From NCBI GenBank assembly GCA_902771725.1, contig CACXXT010000010.1:18193-82192 (forward strand): a stretch of 64,000 bases of DNA. Reading direction: 5' to 3'. Below, one piece after another: positions 16,900 to 25,810 of this stretch. Under the pieces are notes generated by a model. That model ran no database searches, was not told the origin of the DNA, and saw only the letters and a program-made list of their open reading frames with translations. The translations under genes were made by a program, and so were the position numbers. Each line of letters opens with the position of its first letter. Within the stretch, counting starts at the first letter, position 1. Origin of the DNA: an uncultured Bacteroidales bacterium. Lineage in GTDB: Bacteria; Bacteroidota; Bacteroidia; Bacteroidales; Bacteroidaceae.

Positions 16900-17679
16900 A
16901 TGAAAGGAAAAAATGCATTATTATTTGTCCTGGGACTGTCGCTGGCTGTCCCAGCGAGTGCCCAATGGACGAATTATGACACATCGCGCGCCATAAGCGG
17001 TGTTCTTGGTATAGCCCGCCAGAGTATAGAGTCTGCTGAGCGGAAGAAGGAGATGGAAATCCAGGCCCGCCAGAAGGTGGAGTTCGAGCAGAGCTTCAAA
17101 GATGCTATGGCGGAGGCGAAGGCTTCCGAGGCTGAAGAGCAGTGGGGGAATGCGCTGGAGAAATTCGAGGAAGCCGCAAAGCTTAATTGCAAATATGGCT
17201 ATAGTGACCAGCACACCCTGACGCAGAAAATTTCCAGCCTGTACGTCAAGGCTGGTCGACAGGAGGACGGGCCGAGTATCTTGAATAACGCAAATACCAT
17301 TTTGTCCGACTATTCGGCCTATAGCTATGTGAAGGAGAATCCTGTGTTCATAAATAAAAAGAATGCTGCTGGTATCACTATATGCCGCGTGGCCTGTTCT
17401 GATAAGGAAACACGCATAGAGATGGAAGTTGAGGCTTTCTCGGCCAATATGTATTGTTCTGTTCAGGGAACCACATATATCAAGGGAAACAAGGGTGGCA
17501 AACTGGGTCTGGAAAGTTTGGAGAATGTCAAGTTGGAACCGGCTAGAACATATATTCCCTGGCCCTATCAGAAGCTGCGTTTTGCCCTCATCTTCCCGCC
17601 TCTGCCTGAAGAAGCCAAAGAATTCGAACTTATCTTCCCCAAAACGCCTTGGCAGTTCAAGGATATCAAATGTAAATAG
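16900..17679 (+). CDS. secreted protein, unknown function
   Basis: 259 aa. Signal peptide MKGKNALLFVLGLSLAVPASAQ, a Glu/Lys-rich helical N-terminal part, and a Cys-containing C-terminal part. I recognise no family. Confidence 0.6.
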   Translation: MKGKNALLFVLGLSLAVPASAQWTNYDTSRAISGVLGIARQSIESAERKKEMEIQARQKVEFEQSFKDAMAEAKASEAEEQWGNALEKFEEAAKLNCKYGYSDQHTLTQKISSLYVKAGRQEDGPSILNNANTILSDYSAYSYVKENPVFINKKNAAGITICRVACSDKETRIEMEVEAFSANMYCSVQGTTYIKGNKGGKLGLESLENVKLEPARTYIPWPYQKLRFALIFPPLPEEAKEFELIFPKTPWQFKDIKCK

Positions 17680-17722
17680 CACAAGGGACTCATAACCAGC
17701 AATTTTTCAAATATCATATTAT

Positions 17723-19252
17723 ATGAAAAAGAATTTCTTTTGGATGTTAGTGACCATGCTGGCACTCTGTAGTGGAACGGTTTTCATGTCTTGTAGTGAC
17801 AAAGAAAACACCGACAGTCCACAAGACAGTCCACAGATACCGGAGAAACCCACCATGCCAAAGATAACCGAGGACTTTGAAGACTTTGCAACCTGGGTGG
17901 CTGCTGCTGTGCAGCGGTGTCATCCGTACATCAGCCAGTTCTGGAATTCGGATGCAGAGCAGGGCAACTTCAACCTGTTGCTGACTAACGAGGGCAAGAA
18001 CAAACTCTATCTGATCAACGCAGAAGGCAAGCGTGAGATTCCTCAGTCGGAGTGGGACGATGCCCTGAAACGCGGAATGAGCGAGGTGGAAAGTGCAGGC
18101 TACTATTTCCTGACGTTCCAAAACCGGTACTGCTGTCTGCAAATCCACTCCTTGGAGAGCTGGGAGTCGATGAAACAGGTTCAACAAATGCAGAAAGGTA
18201 CCACGCCCGCTTTGGAGGAATGGGGCTATTATATGCTTCATACACTCTACCACGAGTCGTTCCACAACTACGTACAGGATCTTAAAAGCTGGACAAAGAG
18301 TGGAAGTTCAACCGATCGTGAACAGTCCTATCCTGTGAACTACGAACCACGCATCTATCGCAAGTTGGCGTTTTTGGCTCTTAGAAAGGCATGGGAGGAA
18401 CCTGCTAAGGCATCAGAACAATATGCCCGCGCTAAATACTGGATACAGAAGTACGAAACACAATACGTCGAGGAGGCCGGCTCTATCAAGGAAACCGACA
18501 TCGTGGAGGGCACTGCCGAGTACTTCGGGCGCAACGTCATTCACGCTGCATTTCCGGACTACGAGTTGCTCTACGGCACAGAAGATTACAACCTGTCCGG
18601 TTTGATAGATGATGAGAGCTACCAACTGTCAGTGGCCGTGCAGCTCATTCGTCGTGATGGACGTCTGGACGAGGCTATGAAGGCCTTCAAGAATATGAAA
18701 GCCACACCCATAGACTTCCTGCTGAAGGACGTGGCCGCTCCCAAGAATTACGACGAAAGTCAGGATGCCACTGATGTGGCGAAGATACGTGCTGCCATGG
18801 ACAAGCAGTTTTCCGAGTCCAATCCTTACATGGCCCCAGTCATAGCATTGGTGAAGCGGCACAACAGCGGACAAGCAGTATATCTGGTTGTGAACAACAG
18901 CAACCAGGTAGTCTATACCTCAACCCAGGGCTACTACAGCCTGAAAGACTACCCTGGCTTCACCTGCCTGGTGAACCTGCAGGCATCCTACTCCCGGGTA
19001 GAGTGCATGGGAATCACCGTCCTCTCATGGAAAGACTATACTCTCTTCTCTCTCGCAGATGAAAGTCATCTGGAACTGAAGGACTTGCAGGATATTCAGG
19101 AGGAACGCTCACCCTTCCCGAATGTGAAATTCAACAAAAAGGCCACCCTCACCGCCGTCAACAACGAGGAATCGTTCAAGATGAAAGAACTGCCAGTGCA
19201 GGTGAAATACGGAACAGACGAACTTGGGAACAAGTATTATGTCTGCCGGTAG
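17723..19252 (+). CDS. lipoprotein with MA-clan-like zinc metallopeptidase motifs
   Basis: 509 aa. Lipoprotein signal MKKNFFWMLVTMLALCSGTVFMSCSDKE. It has HExxH (LYHESFHNY) and a downstream EGTAEYFG, which resembles the third zinc ligand motif of gluzincin-type MA peptidases. Confidence 0.6.
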   Translation: MKKNFFWMLVTMLALCSGTVFMSCSDKENTDSPQDSPQIPEKPTMPKITEDFEDFATWVAAAVQRCHPYISQFWNSDAEQGNFNLLLTNEGKNKLYLINAEGKREIPQSEWDDALKRGMSEVESAGYYFLTFQNRYCCLQIHSLESWESMKQVQQMQKGTTPALEEWGYYMLHTLYHESFHNYVQDLKSWTKSGSSTDREQSYPVNYEPRIYRKLAFLALRKAWEEPAKASEQYARAKYWIQKYETQYVEEAGSIKETDIVEGTAEYFGRNVIHAAFPDYELLYGTEDYNLSGLIDDESYQLSVAVQLIRRDGRLDEAMKAFKNMKATPIDFLLKDVAAPKNYDESQDATDVAKIRAAMDKQFSESNPYMAPVIALVKRHNSGQAVYLVVNNSNQVVYTSTQGYYSLKDYPGFTCLVNLQASYSRVECMGITVLSWKDYTLFSLADESHLELKDLQDIQEERSPFPNVKFNKKATLTAVNNEESFKMKELPVQVKYGTDELGNKYYVCR

Positions 19253-19307
19253 AACACAGTAATAACAACAAACCATTTATTTAACAATTTATTATTTTTA
19301 CCAAACA

Positions 19308-20027
19308 ATGAAGAAAAATTTTTTATGGATGTTCGCCGCCATCCTTCTCTGCGGTCTCACTGTAACAATGTTTACCGCATGCGGTGGCGATGATGATCCC
19401 GTCATCCCAAGCAACCCTACTGAGGAGGAAGAAGGAAACAATGAAGAAGAAGGAGAAAAGGAAGATGTAATCGTGAAAGCCGGAGTCTATGACATCTCCG
19501 TGGCTTATATTGTCCAGCGCACCCTGACCAACTTCTTCGATATCGAATTGACCACTACCGATAATAACGGTAAGGAAACCACCTATTCTTTCAAGACCCC
19601 CCAAGATGCATCCGACGGTTTTGTAGGCACCGAGGCTAAAGATTATCAGGCAGTGTCTTATGACACATTCCGTTCAATTGACGCTCTTTTCACCTTAGAT
19701 TATTGCAATGACGTTATTGTGCGCCGCGTAATCTTCAAAGATGTTCCTGTTGACAAGAGCGTGAAATTCATCACGGTCTTCCATAAGAAGCAGGACTTGC
19801 AGGTTACTCCCCAGAGATACGCCTTCATCCGTCCAGGTATAATTTTCACCCAGACACCTAAGGACAATAAAAAAGCTACTGTTCTGCATGACAGCAGTGT
19901 GAGGGCTAGCATAATTGGAGAAAGTTCATTTGAGAGATGGTTGAACAAAATGGATGAAGAAGAGAGAGAGAGTAACGGCACCTTCATTATGACCGCAGGC
20001 TCTATTAAATTGGGCTATGTTGAGTAA
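19308..20027 (+). CDS. small lipoprotein, unknown function (paralog of 20066..20758)
   Basis: 239 aa. MKKNFLWMFAAILLCGLTVTMFTACGGDDD is followed by an acidic linker. Confidence 0.65.
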   Translation: MKKNFLWMFAAILLCGLTVTMFTACGGDDDPVIPSNPTEEEEGNNEEEGEKEDVIVKAGVYDISVAYIVQRTLTNFFDIELTTTDNNGKETTYSFKTPQDASDGFVGTEAKDYQAVSYDTFRSIDALFTLDYCNDVIVRRVIFKDVPVDKSVKFITVFHKKQDLQVTPQRYAFIRPGIIFTQTPKDNKKATVLHDSSVRASIIGESSFERWLNKMDEEERESNGTFIMTAGSIKLGYVE

Positions 20028-20065
20028 TAATAAGAATTTACCGACAACATTAGATTGATACAACA

Positions 20066-20758
20066 ATGAGAAAGAATCTTTTATTGATGTTCGCCGCCAT
20101 CCTTCTCTGCGGTCTCGCTGTAACCATGTTCACCTCCTGTGGCGGAGATGATGAGGACAATACTCCGAAGATTCCTGAGGAACAGCAGGATCCTGAAGAG
20201 CAGAAACCTGAGGTCAAGAAGGCTGACTTCTATGACATTACTGTCACCGTAGTGGGTCAGAGCAACTTATTAAAGGTAATGACCTCGGACTTCACCATTA
20301 ATTGGGTGAAGAACGGACAGCCGAACAAGAAAGTCGTTGAATTCGATGAGGAATTCCAAGGTGAAAGCGCATTGGATGCCCTGGAGAACACACGCTATGC
20401 AGCAGCTACCAAGGTAGCTTTCTCGGGTGAACCAAAGCTGGAGAAAGAAATGCAGAATAAATACATCTATCGGATGACGCTCAAGGATATCGCTGCCGAC
20501 ACCAAGTACAGCTATGACTTCCTCTTCCACGTCAACAAGGACTTCCAGATAGCAGAAGGCGACTCGTTGCTTTACGTGCTTCCGATGGTGATGGTTACCG
20601 AGACTGCTAAGGGTACCACGAACCGCGAAATTGTAGAGGATTTCTACTATAGTGGCGGTGTGGTTCGTCCGCATAACTTGGCCCGTTTCCTGCAACAATT
20701 CGATGAACGTACGCCGATGTTCCAGAATCATGAATTCATCGTAGGTGATAGATATTGA
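20066..20758 (+). CDS. small lipoprotein, unknown function (paralog of 19308..20027)
   Basis: 230 aa. MRKNLLLMFAAILLCGLAVTMFTSCGGDDE is followed by an acidic linker. It shares 31 identical nt in the signal-peptide region with the preceding gene. Confidence 0.65.
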   Translation: MRKNLLLMFAAILLCGLAVTMFTSCGGDDEDNTPKIPEEQQDPEEQKPEVKKADFYDITVTVVGQSNLLKVMTSDFTINWVKNGQPNKKVVEFDEEFQGESALDALENTRYAAATKVAFSGEPKLEKEMQNKYIYRMTLKDIAADTKYSYDFLFHVNKDFQIAEGDSLLYVLPMVMVTETAKGTTNREIVEDFYYSGGVVRPHNLARFLQQFDERTPMFQNHEFIVGDRY

Positions 20759-20800
20759 TTAACCCCATCCTGGCTTTATGCAAGTCCAGGGTAACATAGA

Positions 20801-20837
20801 AATGAGCGCACCCCGTCACAACAGGGGTGCGCTCATT
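20801..20837 (+). terminator. rho-independent terminator of the lipoprotein block
   Basis: AATGAGCGCACCCC, a 9-nt loop, GGGGTGCGCTCATT, then cttttat. The stem is a perfect 14 bp. Confidence 0.75.
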
Positions 20838-21039
20838 CTTTTATAATTGCACTTGTGCGCTGTATGAAAAGGTTTCGCCCAAATGAGTCTTATTCCAATG
20901 CTTTTCCTATCTCCGTTTCAATGACCTGCAGCGTCTCGTCCGGAACCAGGTACATAGGGAACTGACCGATAGGGGCATTGGGCTCTATCTTTGCACCCAT
21001 TTATGTTTTTGTTATTCAGTGCCAACGTTATTTCGATCG

Positions 21040-21420
21040 TTAATAGAGGTAGAACATGCGTTCCATCATCTGCCACTTCTCATCGCTGGTAGCACCTTCG
21101 GCGCATTGTTGGAACATAGCCATGTAATCCTCCCACTCCTGCTGACGCGGCAACGTAGCGAGTCGTGCCATAGCCGTGTCCCAGTCGAAGTCTAGAGGTG
21201 TCTCGACAATCATGAAGAGACGGGTGCCGAGGATGTAAATCTCCATTTCGAGGATGCCGACCTCGCGTATGCCGTCGAGGATTTCCTGCCACGATTCCTC
21301 GCGACTGTGGCGACGACGGTATTCAGCAATCAACTCTGGATTATCGCGCAGGTCCATGGTCTGGCAGTAGCGCTTCACGGGCTGATGGTATTCTTTCACT
21401 TGGTATCCTTGTGTACTCAT
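21040..21420 (-). CDS. L-rhamnose-mutarotase-family protein (candidate L-fucose/L-galactose mutarotase)
   Basis: 126 aa. The pattern ...NPELIAEYRRRH...W.E......G....EIY..G..LFM..E... matches the RhaM/YiiL fold family as I recall it. It overlaps the fucP-like gene by 4 nt. Confidence 0.65.
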   Translation of the reverse strand: MSTQGYQVKEYHQPVKRYCQTMDLRDNPELIAEYRRRHSREESWQEILDGIREVGILEMEIYILGTRLFMIVETPLDFDWDTAMARLATLPRQQEWEDYMAMFQQCAEGATSDEKWQMMERMFYLY

Positions 21421-22712
21421 GCTTTCGAGAGTTTAAAGGTACGGTAACCGTAGATGGTAATAAAGATGAAGCAGATGAAGGGGAGTATGAAGGAGAAGTT
21501 GACGGCAGGCCAGCCGAAAATGACCTGCTGGTCAATGAGATGTCCCTGCAAGGGAGGCATCAAAGCTCCACCCACGATGGCCATGACGAGGAAGGCGGCT
21601 CCGAGGGAGGTATCCTCAGTCTGCACGTTCTCAAGGGCAATACCATAGATACTGGGGAACATGATGGACATGAAGAGGCTGATGCACACAAGGCTGTAGA
21701 GGCCCGTCATGCCTTCGATGCAGATAGCACCGAGCGTGCAGATCGAAGCGCCGATGCCGAAGATCATCAGCAAGCGACGCTGGTTAATCCATTTCATAAT
21801 GTAAGTGCCAACGAAACGGCCTGTCAATGAGAGCGACATCGCCAGGATGTTCCAGCGCTGGGCTGTGGCTTTATCGATGCCAAGATGGTCGGCATACTGG
21901 ATGATGAAGGTCCAAACCATGATCTGGGCTGCCACATATAGCACCTGAGCAAATACACCATTTCGATAAATCTTGTTGTGCCATAGGCGCGAGAGCGTAG
22001 TGCGGGCACTGGTCGTTGCGTCATTCTCTCCTTTGAGCGAAGGCATCTTAGTGAGCGCAATGACGATAAACATCACGAGCACCACGAGACCGATGGCTAC
22101 GTAGGGGTCGCGGATAACAGCCAAGTCATGGAGGCGGATATCAGCTTTCTCGGCCTCGCTCAGACCATGGAAGAGAACCTGTCCTGCGGCATCACGTTTG
22201 TCGGACAAGAGGTTCGGCAATACGATGAACGAAGCGACGGCCATGCCCGAGAGAGAGCCCACAGGATTGAAGGCCTGAGCCAGGTTCAGACGGCGCGTAC
22301 TATTCTCTTTTGCTCCCAGCGATAAAATGAAGGGATTGGCACTGGTCTCGAGGAAGGCAAGTCCGAAGGTGAGAATATAAAGCGAAATGCAGAAGAAGGT
22401 AAACTCCTGGAACTGTGCAGCAGGAATGAAAAGGAATGCTCCTACAGCATATAGTCCGAGGCCAATCAGCACTCCCACCTTATACGAATACTTGCGAATG
22501 AATAATGCTGCCGGCACAGCCATAGTAGCATAACCACCATAGAAGGCAAACTGCACCATCGAGGCCTTAGCCGCCGATATCTCCATCAGCGTCTGAAAGG
22601 CCGCCACCATTGGGTTCGTGATATCGTTGGCAAAGCCCCATAGAGCGAACAGCGAGGTGATGAGGATAAAGGTGAGAAGGTATTTCTTCTCTACTAACGG
22701 TTTCTTTTCCAT
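21417..22712 (-). CDS. MFS sugar:H+ symporter of the FucP (L-fucose permease) family
   Basis: 431 aa. FALWGFANDITNPMV, FYGGYATMAVPAALFIRKYSYK, ETSANPF, RLNLAQAFNPVG and MSIMFPSIYGIAL parallel E. coli FucP. Confidence 0.85.
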   Translation of the reverse strand: MEKKPLVEKKYLLTFILITSLFALWGFANDITNPMVAAFQTLMEISAAKASMVQFAFYGGYATMAVPAALFIRKYSYKVGVLIGLGLYAVGAFLFIPAAQFQEFTFFCISLYILTFGLAFLETSANPFILSLGAKENSTRRLNLAQAFNPVGSLSGMAVASFIVLPNLLSDKRDAAGQVLFHGLSEAEKADIRLHDLAVIRDPYVAIGLVVLVMFIVIALTKMPSLKGENDATTSARTTLSRLWHNKIYRNGVFAQVLYVAAQIMVWTFIIQYADHLGIDKATAQRWNILAMSLSLTGRFVGTYIMKWINQRRLLMIFGIGASICTLGAICIEGMTGLYSLVCISLFMSIMFPSIYGIALENVQTEDTSLGAAFLVMAIVGGALMPPLQGHLIDQQVIFGWPAVNFSFILPFICFIFITIYGYRTFKLSKA

Positions 22713-22729
22713 ATTATGATAAATCCTTT

Positions 22730-23656
22730 TTATTCAGACATGTTCTTTATATAAGGTAGATCTGGCAGTTTCTTGAAACCATACAATTGTCTGGCATTCT
22801 CTCCGAGGAACTGAGCCTGTTCCTCGGGCGTAAGCAGCTGGCTGCGTAGCAAGAAGTCGTAGGACATACGATAGGTGATAGCGGTGATGGTACGAGGGTA
22901 GTCGGATCCCCACATCAGTTTCTGGATACCCACGGAGTCGGCAGCCTCGCGGATGGCGCGTACGGCAGAGGGGAAAGGATAGAACTCGTCGTTGAAGAGC
23001 CAGGTGATGCCACCGCTTTCTACATAGACGTTCGGATAACGTGCCAGTCGGATCTGTTGCATCCAATCCGGACGCGTCACCATTCCGAAATGGCCGATGA
23101 CCACGCGCAGTCGGGGACATGTCTGAATGACTTCGCGCAGCTCCTCCACCTGGGTGGCGCCATCTGCCAGTTCTACATGCAGGATGTCCTCGCGCTGTTC
23201 CATAAGTCTGAACAGACGTATCATCTCCGGGTCATTCAGCTGCACGCGCCAATCCTGCCCGATGAGGCGTGCGGCAGGAACCTTGATACCTCGGAAACCA
23301 GCCTCCTCCAGCAGACGGCGTCCGGCTTCGTAATAGCCCTCAAGGCGAAAATCGGGCATGGCGAAGCAGAACAGGCGGTCTGGATAGCGGCGTTGAACCT
23401 CGGCGAGGTAGTCGTTCTGGAGGCCGTCGATGAATTCCTGGGTGACCACAGCGGCTCCCACGCGCGCGTAATCCATATTAGAAATCAGTCTCTCGGCGGA
23501 GTTCACGCCATCGGTCATGAAGGGGGGCAGCATCTGGCGCTCCTCACCAAAAAACAGCGAACGGCTGCGGTTGGGCGTCAGCTGACGAATGGGCTGACCG
23601 TTTACCACCGTGTCCTGCGAGAGCCACAGGTGGGTATGTGCATCGATAATCATCAT
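22730..23656 (-). CDS. amidohydrolase-2 family hydrolase, candidate L-galactono/L-fucono-lactonase
   Basis: 308 aa. The N-terminal IIDAHTHLW metal-binding motif, ...VIGHFG... and WGSDYP are typical of the lactonase-type amidohydrolases (COG3618-like). Confidence 0.7.
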   Translation of the reverse strand: MMIIDAHTHLWLSQDTVVNGQPIRQLTPNRSRSLFFGEERQMLPPFMTDGVNSAERLISNMDYARVGAAVVTQEFIDGLQNDYLAEVQRRYPDRLFCFAMPDFRLEGYYEAGRRLLEEAGFRGIKVPAARLIGQDWRVQLNDPEMIRLFRLMEQREDILHVELADGATQVEELREVIQTCPRLRVVIGHFGMVTRPDWMQQIRLARYPNVYVESGGITWLFNDEFYPFPSAVRAIREAADSVGIQKLMWGSDYPRTITAITYRMSYDFLLRSQLLTPEEQAQFLGENARQLYGFKKLPDLPYIKNMSE

Positions 23657-23663
23657 GGGTGAA

Positions 23664-24611
23664 TCAGGTATTGGCCCACGTCACACGCCGCTGGTCGCCG
23701 ATGATGTCCTGCACCTCCTGCACCAGCTGCCAGTCGATGGGCTCCTGGATAAAGGCGAGGTTGCGGCGTACGTTGTCGGGATTGGCGGAGGAGAAGAGGG
23801 TGGAGGGGATTCTAGGATTGCTGACGGAGAACTGCATGGCCAGTTTCTCGATAGGATAGCCTTTCTGCTTGCAGTAGTCGGCAGCGCGGCTGCAGGCTTC
23901 CACCAGAGGCCGCGGTGCGGGATGCCAGGCTGGAACGCCGCGCTCAGAGAGTAAGCCCATCGAGAGCGGCGAGGCGTTGATGAGCCCTATGCCGTGAGCT
24001 TCGAAGTAGTCGAGATGGTCGACAAGGGCATCGTCGCAGAGGCAATAGTGACAGAAATTCAGCACCGTCTCAACCGTGCCCTCGGCGCTATGGTCGATGA
24101 CCCAGCGAAGGTTGGCCAGCTGTAGGTCGGTGATGCCTACGTGTCCTACCATTCCTTTTGACTTCAGTTCCACCAGTGCGGGCAGTGTCTCGTCCACCAC
24201 TTTCTGAAGTCCTCCAGGCAGAGCGGCCTGAAACTCAATGTCGTGGACATGAATGAGGTCGATATATTCTACTCCCAGACGTTCCATGCTCTCTTCCACA
24301 CTCTCCTGGGCGCGGCGCCCGCTATAGTCCCAGGTGTTTACACCGTCCTTGCCGTAGCGTCCCACCTTGGTGGAGAGAATGTAACGCTCACGAGGTATCT
24401 GGCGCAGGGCCTTGCCCAATACGGTCTCAGCTTTGTAGTGCCCGTAATAAGGCGAGACGTCGATGAGGTTCATGCCTCCATCGAGTGCAGTGAAGACCGC
24501 ATCAATGGCTCTGCCTTCATCGATGTCGTGGAAGACACCACCCAATGACGAAGCGCCAAAACTCAGTTGGGACACTTTCAGCCCCGTCTTTCCCAATACT
24601 CTATATTCCAT
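23664..24611 (-). CDS. aldo/keto reductase, candidate L-galactose (L-fucose) 1-dehydrogenase
   Basis: 315 aa. MEYRVLGKTGLKVSQLSFGASSLGG, INLIDVSPYYG, YILSTKVG and YIDLIHVHD are AKR hallmarks. Confidence 0.75.
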   Translation of the reverse strand: MEYRVLGKTGLKVSQLSFGASSLGGVFHDIDEGRAIDAVFTALDGGMNLIDVSPYYGHYKAETVLGKALRQIPRERYILSTKVGRYGKDGVNTWDYSGRRAQESVEESMERLGVEYIDLIHVHDIEFQAALPGGLQKVVDETLPALVELKSKGMVGHVGITDLQLANLRWVIDHSAEGTVETVLNFCHYCLCDDALVDHLDYFEAHGIGLINASPLSMGLLSERGVPAWHPAPRPLVEACSRAADYCKQKGYPIEKLAMQFSVSNPRIPSTLFSSANPDNVRRNLAFIQEPIDWQLVQEVQDIIGDQRRVTWANT

Positions 24612-24629
24612 ATAGCATTTATTTTTATA

Positions 24630-24667
24630 GATCGCGGATTACTCGCATTAACGTGTAATCCGCGATC
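24630..24667 (-). terminator. stem-loop after the SPFH gene
   Basis: GATCGCGGATTAC, a 12-nt loop, GTAATCCGCGATC. The 13-bp stem is perfect and lies between the stop at 24680 and the next gene start at 24611. Confidence 0.65.
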
Positions 24668-24679
24668 CTTATTATTGTC

Positions 24680-25615
24680 CTAAGCTCCTGTATTTACAAT
24701 GGGCTGTGCATTGTCCTCGCCGCAGAGCACTACAAGGAGGTTCGAAACCATCTGTGCCTTGCGCTCGTCGTTCAACTTGACGATATCCTGTTCGGACAAT
24801 TGGTCCAGAGCCATCTTTACCATGGATACTGCACCTTCCACAATCTTCTCGCGGGCAGCGATGATTGCCGTGGCCTGCTGGCGGCGCAGCATCACAGCCG
24901 CAATTTCGGGCGCGTAGGCGAGGTAGTTGATGCGTGCTTCTACGACTTCAATGCCTGCCATGGCCAGACGTTCTGTCAGTTTCTGCTCCAGCTGGTCATT
25001 GATTTCCTCTCCTCCGCTTCGCAAGGTGATGTCGTCGGAGCGGGATTCTGTGTCGTCGTAGGCGTATTGTCCTGCCACCTGGCGAAGTGCTGCATCGCTT
25101 TGTACGCGGACGAAACGTTCGAAGGCGGCCATCATCGACTTCACGTCGGTGCCGACTTGTGCATTGTTGGCAGCCATCGTCTGGGAGTCGATCTCGAAGA
25201 GTGCCTTGTAGGTGTCCTTCAGACGCCAGACCAACACAAGGCCAATCATCACGGGATTGCCTTCCTTGTCGTTCACCTTAATAGGCTCGGCATCGAGGTT
25301 TCGGGCGCGTAGTGACAGCTTCTTTGTGGTCGTGAAAGGGTTGATCCAGAAGTAACCCGTGCGGGTGAACGTTCCTACGTATTTTCCGAAGAACATCACC
25401 ACACGTGCCTCGCCAGGCTCCAGCATGATGAAACCGGCCCAGAGGAAGAAGGAAAGCATCAGTGCCAATCCACAACCTAATCCCAGTGGCCAGTTCTCGT
25501 ATTCGATGGCCAACACAAACAAGGCGATGCTGCCCAGCGAAAGAACCAAATTCAGAAAAAGCATGCCGAAACCGTTCAGCGTAGTTCCTGCGTAAGTAAA
25601 CTCTTTGTTTTCCAT
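24680..25615 (-). CDS. SPFH/band-7 domain membrane protein
   Basis: Two N-terminal hydrophobic helices are followed by an SPFH-like core ([21 protein letters not shown]...[24 protein letters not shown]). The start was set at MENKEF (ATG 25615); the track start is 25675. Confidence 0.7.
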   Translation of the reverse strand: MENKEFTYAGTTLNGFGMLFLNLVLSLGSIALFVLAIEYENWPLGLGCGLALMLSFFLWAGFIMLEPGEARVVMFFGKYVGTFTRTGYFWINPFTTTKKLSLRARNLDAEPIKVNDKEGNPVMIGLVLVWRLKDTYKALFEIDSQTMAANNAQVGTDVKSMMAAFERFVRVQSDAALRQVAGQYAYDDTESRSDDITLRSGGEEINDQLEQKLTERLAMAGIEVVEARINYLAYAPEIAAVMLRRQQATAIIAAREKIVEGAVSMVKMALDQLSEQDIVKLNDERKAQMVSNLLVVLCGEDNAQPIVNTGA

Positions 25616-25703
25616 TTTTTTTTGTATTGTTAGTGAGTCGTAATCTTCGCTGATTAATAGCAAAAAGGGTAGCAAGGAAACCCCTCTTGGCCACTTTTCG
25701 CGG

Positions 25704-25711
25704 CAAAGTTA
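25704..25711 (-). promoter_or_regulatory. candidate -7 box TAACTTTG
   Basis: Plus-strand caaagtta lies upstream of the SPFH gene. Confidence 0.4.
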
Positions 25712-25810
25712 CTCAAAAAATGGAAATAACGCCAAACTTTTTGCTTCTTTTTTTCCTTCAGCCCCGCAATGAGACATTTCTTCCCGTTCGTGAGACGATA
25801 TAGGCTTAAT

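Noticed and set aside
16921-17682. 253-aa minus-strand ORF mirroring the 16900..17679 gene.
   Set aside because: It overlaps the plus-strand ORF completely. That plus-strand ORF has a clean signal peptide, a promoter box and co-orientation with its neighbours, while the minus ORF has no signal or motif.
20890-21000. 36-aa minus-strand ORF (MGAKIEPNAPIGQFPMYLVPDETLQVIETEIGKALE) just downstream of the mutarotase gene, and a TATCTTTG box on the plus strand at 20986..20993.
   Set aside because: The ORF is too short and motif-less to call, and may be the tail of a degraded gene. The plus-strand box has no downstream plus-strand gene. I mention it only as a possible scar.
16486-21039. Calling the lower-GC lipoprotein block a mobile element or genomic island.
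   Set aside because: I found no integrase, transposase, tRNA, terminal inverted repeats or flanking direct repeats. The compositional difference is based only on rough hand counts.
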